41,003 nucleotides of DNA from Nanobdellota archaeon (lineage in GTDB: Archaea; Nanobdellota; Nanobdellia; Woesearchaeales; CAZZGN01): assembly GCA_051819665.1 (NCBI GenBank), contig JBNJDG010000009.1, positions 1-41,003 of the forward strand, given 5' to 3'. The position numbers and the translations under genes were made by a program. Shown here in pieces: positions 26,488 through 36,349 of the stretch (position 1 is its first letter; each line of letters opens with the position of its first letter). Under the pieces are notes generated by a model, which was given only the letters and a program-made list of their open reading frames with translations, did not search any database and had not been told where the DNA came from.

Positions 26488-27324
26488 ATGAAAATCTGGC
26501 TATTATTGGGAATCTTGAGTTATCTTTCATATTCTGTCTCCACATCGATTGACAAGAACTTCATGAACAAGAAGTATGACCCTGTAACGACCAATGCTTT
26601 CAAGATGTTCTTTGACGGTTCACTGCTCCTCATCGCAAGCCTGTTCTTTACAACCAGCTTTACAGAGAATATACTACTATGGTCGATACTACTTGGCTTC
26701 CTCTATGCTCTCTCAGGGATATTCTACATGAACATGCTCAAGAGGGCCAATGTAGAGATGGTCCTCCCCCTGAGTCAGTCAATGCTTATACTCGCAACTT
26801 TCACAGGTGGCATCTTAGCTTTCGGAGAAGATGTAATTTTCCTGAATGTGATTGGTCTATTCTCAATACTCCTCGGCATCTTCCTCGTGACCACAAAGAG
26901 GCTTAAAGCACTGAAGGTAGGACATGTCATTTATCTGATTCTCTTCATGGTCATCGCAAAGACCGCTTATTCCCTCATCGTGAAACATGTATTGTCCGGA
27001 GCGGATCCTTTCGTGCTCTCTATCCTTGTATATTTCTCCTCTTCCATCTTCCTCCTTGGTTATGCTCTCACAACAAGAACCGGGCGTATCTTCTCCTTAA
27101 GGAATTCAAGGATCCTGATCTCCTCTGTATTCGGCGCTTTAGGTACGATACTTTTATTCTATGCCCTGAAAGAAGGTTTTGCATCGAAAGTTTATCCTCT
27201 GGCTGGCCTACAGTCTGTTTTTGTATTCATCATAGCTACTATCTTCCTGAAAGAAAGGCCCACTTACATAAGAGGCCTTGGAGTATTAGCAGTTTTCGCA
27301 GGAGTTTATATGTTATCCATCTAG
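26488..27324 (+). CDS. EamA/DMT-family transporter
   Basis: About ten TM helices in two repeats; AFGE and FLKE motifs. Confidence 0.8.
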   Translation: MKIWLLLGILSYLSYSVSTSIDKNFMNKKYDPVTTNAFKMFFDGSLLLIASLFFTTSFTENILLWSILLGFLYALSGIFYMNMLKRANVEMVLPLSQSMLILATFTGGILAFGEDVIFLNVIGLFSILLGIFLVTTKRLKALKVGHVIYLILFMVIAKTAYSLIVKHVLSGADPFVLSILVYFSSSIFLLGYALTTRTGRIFSLRNSRILISSVFGALGTILLFYALKEGFASKVYPLAGLQSVFVFIIATIFLKERPTYIRGLGVLAVFAGVYMLSI

Positions 27325-27945
27325 CTATTTATACCTGAAATAAGCATCAATCTCATCCTGGCTCCTCGTAAGGTCAAGACCCTTATATCTCTTACCACTG
27401 CCGCCTTTGCTTTTTGAGAACCTCAGCGAGAAGAGTATCCCCGTAGCAAGACCTACAAGATGGGCCATGTTAGCTATGCCGCTGGGCACGAAAAGACCGA
27501 AGATCTCTATAAGAGCGAAGATTATACCCGCCACCCTCATCGACATAGGAACGACGAAGAACAATAACACCTGTAGATGGGGGAAAAGTATTATGACCAT
27601 GCCTATTATACCCATGATGGCTCCTGAAGCTCCGAGAGCAGAGCTGTATATGAAAGATGAGACTATCCCCGCAAGAATGCCTGCTGTAAAATAAGCCTGG
27701 AGGAATTTCTTTGTGCCTACCTTCTGCTCCACTAAAGGACCGAAGATGAACAGGGCATACATATTAAATAGGATATGGGTGAAATTGGCATGCATGAACA
27801 TAGAGGTTATGATACGCCATGGCTCTGTAAAGAGGCTACCCTTCGTCAGGACAAAAAGCTCATTGAAACCAGGGATTGCAGACTGAAGAAGGAAAATGAA
27901 TACATTGATTCCGATCAAAGGCAAAACAGCATTCCTGATTCTCAT
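27325..27945 (-). CDS. Rhomboid intramembrane serine protease
   Basis: EPWRIITSMFMHANFTHILFNM, GASG, AHLVG; start set at MRIRN, ~25 nt from a TATA box. Confidence 0.92.
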   Translation of the reverse strand: MRIRNAVLPLIGINVFIFLLQSAIPGFNELFVLTKGSLFTEPWRIITSMFMHANFTHILFNMYALFIFGPLVEQKVGTKKFLQAYFTAGILAGIVSSFIYSSALGASGAIMGIIGMVIILFPHLQVLLFFVVPMSMRVAGIIFALIEIFGLFVPSGIANMAHLVGLATGILFSLRFSKSKGGSGKRYKGLDLTRSQDEIDAYFRYK

Positions 27946-28058
27946 CGGCAGCCCAGAAAAGACCAAAGTTTTTAAATTTATCCCATAGATTTATATTGGA
28001 GCCAGAGAATTGTTATTATTATACCCAAGAGTGTATGACCACTATAAAGTGATTAAAA

Positions 28059-28508
28059 ATGGAAAATAATTTAAATGATGAAAATTCGCCTGATGCTATG
28101 ATCAAAGAAACATATGCTGTTGAGGCAGAAACAAGCAAAGCCCATAACAAAGAAGTTGAATCCAGGAACATCAGCTATGAAAATATCCCTTTCTCCACAT
28201 ATCTGATCAAAGGATTGACCCCAGAAGAATACAGCAATATAGAAAACTATCTCAATAAGAAAGGGGTGAACATCTCAGACGAGATGACATTCAGAGGAGA
28301 CATGGCAATGAACAGATTCAAACATAAACCCGGAGAATACATCCACTTCATGTCCCTTGACAGGGATCTCGAAGGAAAGACCGACGAGCTACTTAGCAAA
28401 CTCTCCCAAAACTATGATAATCTCCAGTACAGGAAACTGCCCGGGAATGAATCTCTGGGAAAAAGAGCAGTGGATTATACCTCCAAAAGAGGATATTCCT
28501 CTAAATGA
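28059..28508 (+). CDS. Hypothetical protein
   Basis: 149-aa ORF fills the gap; no motif recognised. Confidence 0.55.
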   Translation: MENNLNDENSPDAMIKETYAVEAETSKAHNKEVESRNISYENIPFSTYLIKGLTPEEYSNIENYLNKKGVNISDEMTFRGDMAMNRFKHKPGEYIHFMSLDRDLEGKTDELLSKLSQNYDNLQYRKLPGNESLGKRAVDYTSKRGYSSK

Positions 28509-28585
28509 GATAAACAGAAAGGCCTTTTCAGAAAGATTTAAATATTTCTTATGAAGAATTTCTCCTGTTCAAGGGGGGTAAATTT

Positions 28586-30205
28586 TTGACAAAGTATATC
28601 ATCGTAACGGGTGGAGTTCTTTCCGGATTGGGGAAAGGAGTGATAACGGCTTCTATAGGGAGAAATCTCAAATCACAGGGATATAAGGTCAGCCCTATCA
28701 AGATAGACCCGTACATAAACATAGATGCAGGCACTATGAGACCTACAGAACACGGAGAAGTATGGGTGACGCCTGATGGAGGAGAGACTGACATGGACCT
28801 GGGTAATTACGAGAGGTTCATGGACATAAAGATAAACAAGGATCATAACATGACGACCGGCCAGGTCTACCAGAAAGTCATACAGAATGAAAGAAATCTG
28901 AAATATGGAGGGGAATGTGTCGAGGTCACCCAGCACATACCAGAAGAGGTACAGAATCGCATCGAAAATGTTGCCGGGAAAGAGGATTCTGACTTTGTTA
29001 TAGTTGAAGTGGGGGGGACTGTCGGTGACTACCAGAGTGTATTGTTCCTCGAGGCAGTGAGACAACTGAAACTGGAAAGGAATGATGTTGTATTCGTGCA
29101 TGTTGTGTACCTCCCCGTACCCAATAATCTAGGGGAGATGAAGACCAAGCCGGCACAGCATTCGGTGAAGGAACTCAACGAGGCAGGGATCCAGCCAGAT
29201 TTCCTGATAGGGAGATCAAAAAACTCCATGGACGATATAAGGAAAGATAAGCTCTCTAAATTCTCCAATGTGAAAAAAGAGAACATAATCTCCGCCCCGA
29301 ATATAAAGAACATATATAACTGCCCATGCAATTTCGAGGACAATGGTTTTACGGAAAGGATACTCTCAGCATTCAACATGCCCTTCAAAGAGACCAAAGA
29401 GAAAAAAGAATACAGGAGATTCATAGAGAAGGTTTCTGGGATAAAAGATAAAGTGAAGATCGGTATCGTAGGCAAGTATTTCGATATAGGGAATTTCTCA
29501 TTAGAAGACTCTTATATCTCAGTGATAGAGTCCATAAAACACGCATCCTGGAATAACGATGTTGATGCAGAGATAGAATGGATAGACTCTAAAGAGTTCG
29601 AGAATAACAGTAAGAATCTGAAAGACCTTGATAAGTATGACGGGATAATTGTCCCCGGAGGTTTCGGAAAGACAGGTATCGAGGGTAAGATAAAGGCCAT
29701 AAGGTATGCAAGAGAAAATAACCTGCCTTACCTGGGTCTGTGTTACGGCATGCAGCTTGCCGTCATCGAATTCGCAAGGAATGTCTGCGGGATAAAGAAC
29801 GCAACATCTGCGGAAGTCTCACCTAAAGCGAAGAATAAGGTAGTCGACATAATCGAAGAACAGAAAGAGAAACTCTCAAAGAATAATTACGGAGGTACTA
29901 TGAGGCTGGGCGAATGGCCGGCAGTACTGAAAAAGAATACGAAGGTTTATGATCTCTATGGGAAGAAGAACATCAGAGAGAGGCACAGGCACAGGTATGA
30001 GATAAATCCTCATTATGTGAAAGAGCTCGAGAAGAACGGGATGATTTTCCCGGGAAAATCCCCTGACAGGGAACTGATGGAGTTCATGGAGATAAAAGAG
30101 CATCCCTTCTTCCTTGGTACTCAGGCCCATCCAGAATTCACTTCCAGACCGATGAACCCGAACCCTCTTTTCTTCGGTTTCATAAAGGCAGCAAAAGAAA
30201 GATGA
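28586..30205 (+). CDS. pyrG: CTP synthase
   Basis: TGGVLSGLGKG, KIDPYINIDAGTM, KTKPAQHSV, GLCYGMQ, RHRHRYE, QAHPEF; TTG start. Confidence 0.97.
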   Translation: MTKYIIVTGGVLSGLGKGVITASIGRNLKSQGYKVSPIKIDPYINIDAGTMRPTEHGEVWVTPDGGETDMDLGNYERFMDIKINKDHNMTTGQVYQKVIQNERNLKYGGECVEVTQHIPEEVQNRIENVAGKEDSDFVIVEVGGTVGDYQSVLFLEAVRQLKLERNDVVFVHVVYLPVPNNLGEMKTKPAQHSVKELNEAGIQPDFLIGRSKNSMDDIRKDKLSKFSNVKKENIISAPNIKNIYNCPCNFEDNGFTERILSAFNMPFKETKEKKEYRRFIEKVSGIKDKVKIGIVGKYFDIGNFSLEDSYISVIESIKHASWNNDVDAEIEWIDSKEFENNSKNLKDLDKYDGIIVPGGFGKTGIEGKIKAIRYARENNLPYLGLCYGMQLAVIEFARNVCGIKNATSAEVSPKAKNKVVDIIEEQKEKLSKNNYGGTMRLGEWPAVLKKNTKVYDLYGKKNIRERHRHRYEINPHYVKELEKNGMIFPGKSPDRELMEFMEIKEHPFFLGTQAHPEFTSRPMNPNPLFFGFIKAAKER

Positions 30206-30244
30206 CGAAAGATATATAAATAGCTTCAAAATCCGGTGAAAGAA

Positions 30245-31192
30245 ATGCCAAAGAAAAATAAGAAAGAGAAAGCAAAAAAACAGGGTAAGAAAGCTGGTAA
30301 TAGACCAGAAAGAAAGCCTGAAAAGAAATATCATCCTGCATTAAGGTCCTATTTCAGGAATTATAAAGTGCTACTGGTAATCCCTTTCCTGATACTATTG
30401 CTCGCCATAGGTTCTATAGCCTATAAGACGGCAACGACGGGCGAGTTCATCAATAAAGGTCTCTCACTTAAAGGCGGGACAAGCATCACCATCACTGAAG
30501 CATTGTCCGAAGATAAGGTAAAGGAAGAGCTCAAGGATTTTGACACTAATGTCAGGCAATTAAGTGATGGAGCGGAACAGATAGGGATAATCATAGAGAC
30601 AGGGGTCGAGGATGTTGATGAGATAAACGAACTCATCTCTACAGTGGAAAGCTCTTTCTCCCTTACAGAAGACGAATATTCTGTCGAGACCATGGGCTCG
30701 GCTCTTGGTGAGAGTTTCTTCAGACAGACTTTCAGGGCATTGATAATAGCATTCGCTTTCATGGCTATCGTCGTATTCCTGTACTTCAGGAGCTTCGCAC
30801 CATCCATTGCTGTAGTTCTTGCCGCTTTCAGCGACATCGTAGTGACTGCAGCTATCGTAAACTGGATGGGTATACAGCTTTCCACGGCAGGTATAGCCTC
30901 TTTCCTCATGCTCATTGGTTACTCTGTAGATACAGACATCCTGTTGACAACTAAGATACTGAAAAGGAAAGGCCACATTCATGAGAGGATCGTCTCTGCA
31001 ATGAAGACAGGACTGACGATGAGCATGACCACGATCACAGTAGTCATCATCGCCCTGCTTGTGTCAGGTTCTCCAGTCATCCAGCAGATTATGACAATAC
31101 TATTAATCGGACTGCTCGTGGACCTGATCTACACATGGATACAGAATGTAGGAATACTAAGATTATACGTTGATAAAAATGAAAAAGCTTAA
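30245..31192 (+). CDS. secF: Protein translocase subunit SecF
   Basis: GLSLKGGT, MGSALGESF, AAFSDIV, LMLIGYSVDTDILLT. Confidence 0.93.
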   Translation: MPKKNKKEKAKKQGKKAGNRPERKPEKKYHPALRSYFRNYKVLLVIPFLILLLAIGSIAYKTATTGEFINKGLSLKGGTSITITEALSEDKVKEELKDFDTNVRQLSDGAEQIGIIIETGVEDVDEINELISTVESSFSLTEDEYSVETMGSALGESFFRQTFRALIIAFAFMAIVVFLYFRSFAPSIAVVLAAFSDIVVTAAIVNWMGIQLSTAGIASFLMLIGYSVDTDILLTTKILKRKGHIHERIVSAMKTGLTMSMTTITVVIIALLVSGSPVIQQIMTILLIGLLVDLIYTWIQNVGILRLYVDKNEKA

Positions 31193-32786
31193 AGAATTGA
31201 TGACAAACACAAGAATAATTGTACTGATCGTATTCGTAATACTTTCCATTGTAGCTATAAACCCCCATTTCAGTGCTAACGGGGTTGCTGTGAGGTCAAT
31301 CCAGAAGAATTCCTCCATCGCCGAGACTGAGATGACAAGTCCCGAGCCGGGAACACCTCCGATGAACAGAGAGGTTATAACTTCTATCAACGGACAGGGG
31401 ATCGGAGACATGAAGGATTATGAAAGGATAATCTCAGGTCTTGTGATGAATCAGAGCGTCAGCATAACCACCAATGAAGGCAGTTACAGGACAACCTTTA
31501 ACGGAGATCTAGGTCTGAATGTGTATGATGCCCCGACCAGCAATATAAAGAAAGGCCTTGACCTCCAGGGAGGTACAAGGGTCCTGCTCCAGCCGGAAGA
31601 AGACGTCGGAAAAGAAGACATGGACCTTGTAATCGATAACCTGAAAAGAAGGCTCAATGTTTACGGGCTTACTGATGTGGTTGTAAGGGAAGCAGGGAGC
31701 CTTCCGCCGCCTTTAGGCCAGGGACAACAATACATCCTTGTTGAAGTGGCGGGAGTGAATGAACAGGAAGTGAAGAATCTCCTTGCGAAACAGGGTAAGT
31801 TTGAAGCTAAGATAGGGAATGAGACCGTATTCAGGGGTGGAGATGATATCACCTATGTATGCAGGAGCGCAGATTGTTCCGGTATAGACCCTCAACAAGG
31901 ATGCAGGGAGATGAATGATGGCAACCATATGTGCAGGTTCAGGTATTCCATAACACTTAGTCAGGATGCAGCCCAGAGACAGGCTGAAGTCACAGAAGAC
32001 CTCTCTGTCGTATCAACTGATGAGGAAGGTAATCCTCTCCCATCAGATAATCAATACCTGAACGAGACACTGGATCTCTTCCTCGACGGAAGTTCAGTAG
32101 ATTCCCTTAATGTAGGGAAAGACCTTAAAGGGAATGCGGTAACCGAGATTCAGATCTCCGGCTCAGGTGTAGGGAGCAACAGGAAGAACGCTCAGCTAAA
32201 CTCTCTGGAGAACATGAAACAGCTCCAGACGGTAATGATAACAGGCAGTCTCCCTATTGAGCTGGAAATAGTGAAGATAGATACCATCTCTCCTTCACTG
32301 GGAGAAGAATTCAGCAATAATATGCTCACTATAGGTATACTCGCTATCCTTGCAGTAGCAGGAATCATATTTGTAAGATACAGGTCCATCAATGTAATCG
32401 GACCGATTCTCATAACGATGGCTTCCGAGGTTATCCTCTTGTTAGGGCTCGCTTCTCTCATCGGATGGAACCTCGATCTTGCCGCTGTTGCCGGTATAAT
32501 AATAGCTGTCGGTACAGGTGTGGATGACCAGATAGTCATAAGTGATGAGACCCTGAGGAAGGAGAAGAAGAACTTCATGACCTGGAAACAGAGGATCAAG
32601 AGGGCCTTCTTCATAATCATGGCAGCTTATTTCACAACCGTAGTAGCGATGCTTCCTCTGTGGTTTGCGGGTGCAGGTCTCCTGAAAGGTTTTGCAGTGA
32701 CCACGATCTTTGGCGTTACTTTCGGTGTATTCATCACGAGACCGGCTTTCGCGGCTATGGTAGAGAAACTTGAGAAGGATGATTGA
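31179..32786 (+). CDS. secD: Protein translocase subunit SecD
   Basis: GLDLQGGTRV, RLNVYGLTDV, GSLPI, ISPSLG, GTGVDDQIVISDE, RPAF. Confidence 0.93.
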   Translation: MKKLKELMTNTRIIVLIVFVILSIVAINPHFSANGVAVRSIQKNSSIAETEMTSPEPGTPPMNREVITSINGQGIGDMKDYERIISGLVMNQSVSITTNEGSYRTTFNGDLGLNVYDAPTSNIKKGLDLQGGTRVLLQPEEDVGKEDMDLVIDNLKRRLNVYGLTDVVVREAGSLPPPLGQGQQYILVEVAGVNEQEVKNLLAKQGKFEAKIGNETVFRGGDDITYVCRSADCSGIDPQQGCREMNDGNHMCRFRYSITLSQDAAQRQAEVTEDLSVVSTDEEGNPLPSDNQYLNETLDLFLDGSSVDSLNVGKDLKGNAVTEIQISGSGVGSNRKNAQLNSLENMKQLQTVMITGSLPIELEIVKIDTISPSLGEEFSNNMLTIGILAILAVAGIIFVRYRSINVIGPILITMASEVILLLGLASLIGWNLDLAAVAGIIIAVGTGVDDQIVISDETLRKEKKNFMTWKQRIKRAFFIIMAAYFTTVVAMLPLWFAGAGLLKGFAVTTIFGVTFGVFITRPAFAAMVEKLEKDD

Positions 32787-33427
32787 ACTTGGAGATTATC
32801 TCTTTAGGGGGTTCTATAGTCGCCCCTGACGGTTTTGATCTTGATTATGTGAAGAGGTTCAGGGATATGATCCTCGGACTTGAGAGACAGGCCATAATCG
32901 TTGTAGGAGGAGGTAGTCTCGCCAGGGAATACATAAAGCTCGCCGATAATGATGAAGATGCCGACTGGCTGGGGATCATGGCCACAAGGCTCAACGCAGA
33001 AGCCGTCAGGGCAGTCTTTGGGGAGAAAGCCTACAAAAAAGTAATCTATGATCCTACTGAAAAAGTAGATACAAATAAGATCATCATCGCAGCCGGATAT
33101 AAGCCGGGATGGAGTACTGATATGGTTTCCGCCCTTTTCGCTGAGACCTATGGTTCAAAGGATATTCTTAATATAACAAACACCGATTATGTCTATGACA
33201 AGGATCCCCGCAGGTTCAAAGATGCTGAAAAGATAGAGATGTTGTCCTGGGACCGGATGGAAGAGCTGTTCGGAGAATTCAGGCCCGGCCTCAACAGTCC
33301 TTTCGACCCGGTAGCTTCGAAGAAGGCCAGAGAGAAAGGTATGAGGGTGGTGATCACCTCAAAGGATATTGATAATATCAAAGCGTATTTCAAAGGCAAA
33401 GAGTATAAAGGCACTACAATAGAATGA
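32783..33427 (+). CDS. pyrH: UMP kinase, archaeal type
   Basis: SLGGS, VVGGGSLAREYI, DWLGIMATRLNA, PGWSTD, VYDKDP, PFDPVA, GTTI. Confidence 0.93.
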   Translation: MNLEIISLGGSIVAPDGFDLDYVKRFRDMILGLERQAIIVVGGGSLAREYIKLADNDEDADWLGIMATRLNAEAVRAVFGEKAYKKVIYDPTEKVDTNKIIIAAGYKPGWSTDMVSALFAETYGSKDILNITNTDYVYDKDPRRFKDAEKIEMLSWDRMEELFGEFRPGLNSPFDPVASKKAREKGMRVVITSKDIDNIKAYFKGKEYKGTTIE

Positions 33428-33463
33428 TAAAGTTTAAAAATTAAAGGAGACAAGGGTTTATTT

Positions 33464-35050
33464 ATGGGGTTGGTCAAAGAGATAAAGGATCTGGGAAGGC
33501 TCAAGCAGGTTATTTCTGTCGCAGTCAAGTATGAGATGGGTTTCCTTGTCGATCATCTCAAGATCAAGCATCTCCTGCCTATCCACCAGAGGATGGACAA
33601 GTCCAGGTTCAGGAAAGAGAAGACAGAACCCGAAGCTTTGAGGAAAATATTCGAGGAACTTGGCGGTGCTTTCCTGAAGCTCGGGCAGTTATTGAGCTTA
33701 AGGCCTGATCTCATCCCGGCAGAATATTGTGAGGAATTCAGGAGATTACAGGATAATGTAAAGCCCTTCGATGATGCTGGAGAGAATATAGATGTAAAAG
33801 GTTTCTCCTACATAAATCCCAGACCATTAGCTTCCGCCTCGATCTCCCAAGTACACGAGGCTATCCTTAATAACAACGAGAAAGTTGCTGTGAAGATAAA
33901 AAGGCCGGGGATAGATAAGCTCTTCGAGAAAGACATAGATATTCTATACAAGATCGCTAAACATTTCAAGAAGAAGGCAGAAGGGCTCTTCGATCCTGTC
34001 GAGGTCGTAAGGGAATTTGAAAGATACACAATAAATGAACTGGATTTCCTGAAAGAAGCCAAGAATATAGAAAAATTCAGCAGGAACTTCGAGGAAGACG
34101 AGAACATAAAGATCCCCAAGGTCTACTGGAAACAGACATCAAGCAGCGTCCTGACGATGGAATTCATCCACGGGCAGAATATAGAGAAATATAAGGACAA
34201 GAATGAGCCTGTCCGTAAGAACATAACTTCCAGAGTAGCCAATATGGTCTTCAAGCAGATATTTGAGGACGGATTCTTCCACGCTGACCCTCACCCGGGA
34301 AATATCTTCGTGATGAAGAAAGGAAAGATAGCGTTGCTTGATTTCGGTATCGTTGGAGAGATTGATGAAGAGACCAAAGAGAAGCTTAATAATCTCTTCA
34401 CATCCCTTATCTCAGCCGATGTGGATAATGTGGCAGAAACAATGATCTCATTGAATTTTGCAGGGAAAAGGGTTGACAGGAAAGAGCTCAAGAACGATCT
34501 CAAGGATCTCCTGGGAGAATACTATAATACCTCACTGAGCAAGATAGATATAGGTATGCTTTTCCATAAGGCAATAAGGATCTCAAGGAGGAACGGGATG
34601 CATGTCCCCTCCGATCTTGTACTTCTCGGAAAATCCCTCATAACCGTCGAGGGTTTCTGTTCTGAGCTGGACCCGGATTTCAATATAGTCGAGGCCTTCA
34701 AACCGACGAAGCAGGACGTGGTGAAGAGCGGACTGAAATCCGTGATGAGATTCAAGGATTTCATAATGTCTGTCCCTGAGAGGGTGGAATACCTGACTCA
34801 GGCAATCTCAGATAATGACAAGAGTATGGATCAGATAGACCGCGACCTGAAAGACCTGAACACGAACATCAACAGATCTGTCAGCATAATAGCGCTTACT
34901 TTCCTTGTCATAGGCTTTCTCGTTTTCTCTATCCTGACTCTGGATGTTGGGGAGGCAGTATTCAGGGGACTGTCTCTCATGTCCCTCATCGGTTTGATCC
35001 TGGCTTTCGTATTTCTCATGATCCTCTTACACAGGATATTCAGAGGATAA
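33464..35050 (+). CDS. UbiB/ABC1(AarF)-family atypical kinase with C-terminal TM helices
   Basis: FLKLGQ (KxGQ), LASASISQVH, VAVK, FFHADPHPGNI, LDFG. Confidence 0.92.
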   Translation: MGLVKEIKDLGRLKQVISVAVKYEMGFLVDHLKIKHLLPIHQRMDKSRFRKEKTEPEALRKIFEELGGAFLKLGQLLSLRPDLIPAEYCEEFRRLQDNVKPFDDAGENIDVKGFSYINPRPLASASISQVHEAILNNNEKVAVKIKRPGIDKLFEKDIDILYKIAKHFKKKAEGLFDPVEVVREFERYTINELDFLKEAKNIEKFSRNFEEDENIKIPKVYWKQTSSSVLTMEFIHGQNIEKYKDKNEPVRKNITSRVANMVFKQIFEDGFFHADPHPGNIFVMKKGKIALLDFGIVGEIDEETKEKLNNLFTSLISADVDNVAETMISLNFAGKRVDRKELKNDLKDLLGEYYNTSLSKIDIGMLFHKAIRISRRNGMHVPSDLVLLGKSLITVEGFCSELDPDFNIVEAFKPTKQDVVKSGLKSVMRFKDFIMSVPERVEYLTQAISDNDKSMDQIDRDLKDLNTNINRSVSIIALTFLVIGFLVFSILTLDVGEAVFRGLSLMSLIGLILAFVFLMILLHRIFRG

Positions 35051-35095
35051 AATTTATTAAATAGCTTGCCCCAGAAGAATCCAGGAGGCAACAAA

Positions 35096-35647
35096 ATGAA
35101 ATCATTCATAAAGAAATCCATGCTCATTGGCTTGGGCCTTACCTCACTGACTACCGAGAAGGCCGAGAAACTGATCAAGGACCTTAAGAAGACAGGAGAG
35201 ATAACGGCAAAAGACAGGGACGAACTCTTATCATACTTCAGGAAAGAAGCGAAGAGAAGGGAGAAAGAGACCAAGGACCTCATCAAGGAACATGTAGATC
35301 ATGCTCTGGAAAAGGCCAAGGTAGCTTCCCAGAAAGAGCTCAAGAATCTGGAGAAGGATATCAAGGCCGAGGCGAAGAAGAAGATAGACGAAGCGCACAA
35401 GAAAGCGAGTGAGGCGAGCAAAGAAGCAAAAGAGGCCCATCAGAAAGCGAAGGAAGCGCATAAGAAGAAAGCTGTAAAGAGCTCTTCAGAGAAAAAGACC
35501 AAAACGGCTAAGAAGACTTCTTCCGGCAGTAAGAGCACTAAAAAAACGACGAAGAAGAAAACTTCTGGTGGTAAATCAAAAACCGCTAAGAAAACATCGA
35601 AGAAAAAGGCAGCTAAGAGGTCTGCAAAGAAAAGATCTTCTAAATGA
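35096..35647 (+). CDS. Phasin-like protein with histone-H1-like Lys/Ser/Thr-rich tail
   Basis: KKSMLIGLGLTSLTTEKAEKLIKDLKKTGEIT, VASQKELKNLEK; tail KKTAKKTSSGSKSTKKTTKKK; SD GGAGG. Confidence 0.7.
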   Translation: MKSFIKKSMLIGLGLTSLTTEKAEKLIKDLKKTGEITAKDRDELLSYFRKEAKRREKETKDLIKEHVDHALEKAKVASQKELKNLEKDIKAEAKKKIDEAHKKASEASKEAKEAHQKAKEAHKKKAVKSSSEKKTKTAKKTSSGSKSTKKTTKKKTSGGKSKTAKKTSKKKAAKRSAKKRSSK

Positions 35648-35652
35648 AGGGT

Positions 35653-35946
35653 TCATCCCTTCACTTTATTCTCAAGATTCTCCTGATTCCTCTTCCTGAA
35701 AAATTCCTTATGTTTCTTTCTCAGTTCACTGAATTCCTTAGGGCCCAACCACTTCCCATCCCAGTTATCATGGCCGGAAGTGTCCATGTTCACCCTTATC
35801 CTGTGATTATGGCCACATGAACAGACAGTCTCCTTATAATGTATACCACCGAAATGGTTGGAGATCCATCTCTTATCATTCATGTGATTCCCACAATAAA
35901 CACATTGTCCCTTCAGATCCTCTTCTTTCATCAGATGGTGCGGCAT
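35653..35946 (-). CDS. Small Cys/His-rich putative metal-binding protein
   Basis: CVYC...HYKETVCSCGHNH...SGHD; overlaps the 3' end of cutA. Confidence 0.6.
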   Translation of the reverse strand: MPHHLMKEEDLKGQCVYCGNHMNDKRWISNHFGGIHYKETVCSCGHNHRIRVNMDTSGHDNWDGKWLGPKEFSELRKKHKEFFRKRNQENLENKVKG

Positions 35947-36242
35947 TCTTTATCAATCCATTCAGTGTAATCAGCATTGCCTTCTATATTGAATCTCAAT
36001 ATACATGGAACATCGTAAGAATGATGCTTCTTTATTAGCTCCTCTATCTTACCGAAATTGCGCTTAACGGTCTTCAGGAAAGCGGCAACCTCTCCTTCCT
36101 TAGCCACCTTTCCCTTCCATTTATATATCGAGTCTATATTAAACACATTCGCACAAGCTATCAGGTTATCGTCAAGAAGCAGTTTGATTATCCTGTCCGC
36201 CTCTTCCCTGTCCCGGAAAGTCACATATACAGACGCGTACAT
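35931..36242 (-). CDS. cutA: Divalent-cation tolerance protein CutA
   Basis: YVTF, LIACANVF, SIYKWKG, HSYDVPCI. Confidence 0.93.
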   Translation of the reverse strand: MYASVYVTFRDREEADRIIKLLLDDNLIACANVFNIDSIYKWKGKVAKEGEVAAFLKTVKRNFGKIEELIKKHHSYDVPCILRFNIEGNADYTEWIDKECRTI

Positions 36243-36349
36243 TCTATTTCCATGCTCACTTCAAGATATATATAAATGTTACCCATAACAACGATTAGAA
36301 ACATCAAATACCATAAACATTTTAAAGTATGAGTATTCTTCAGGTAAGA

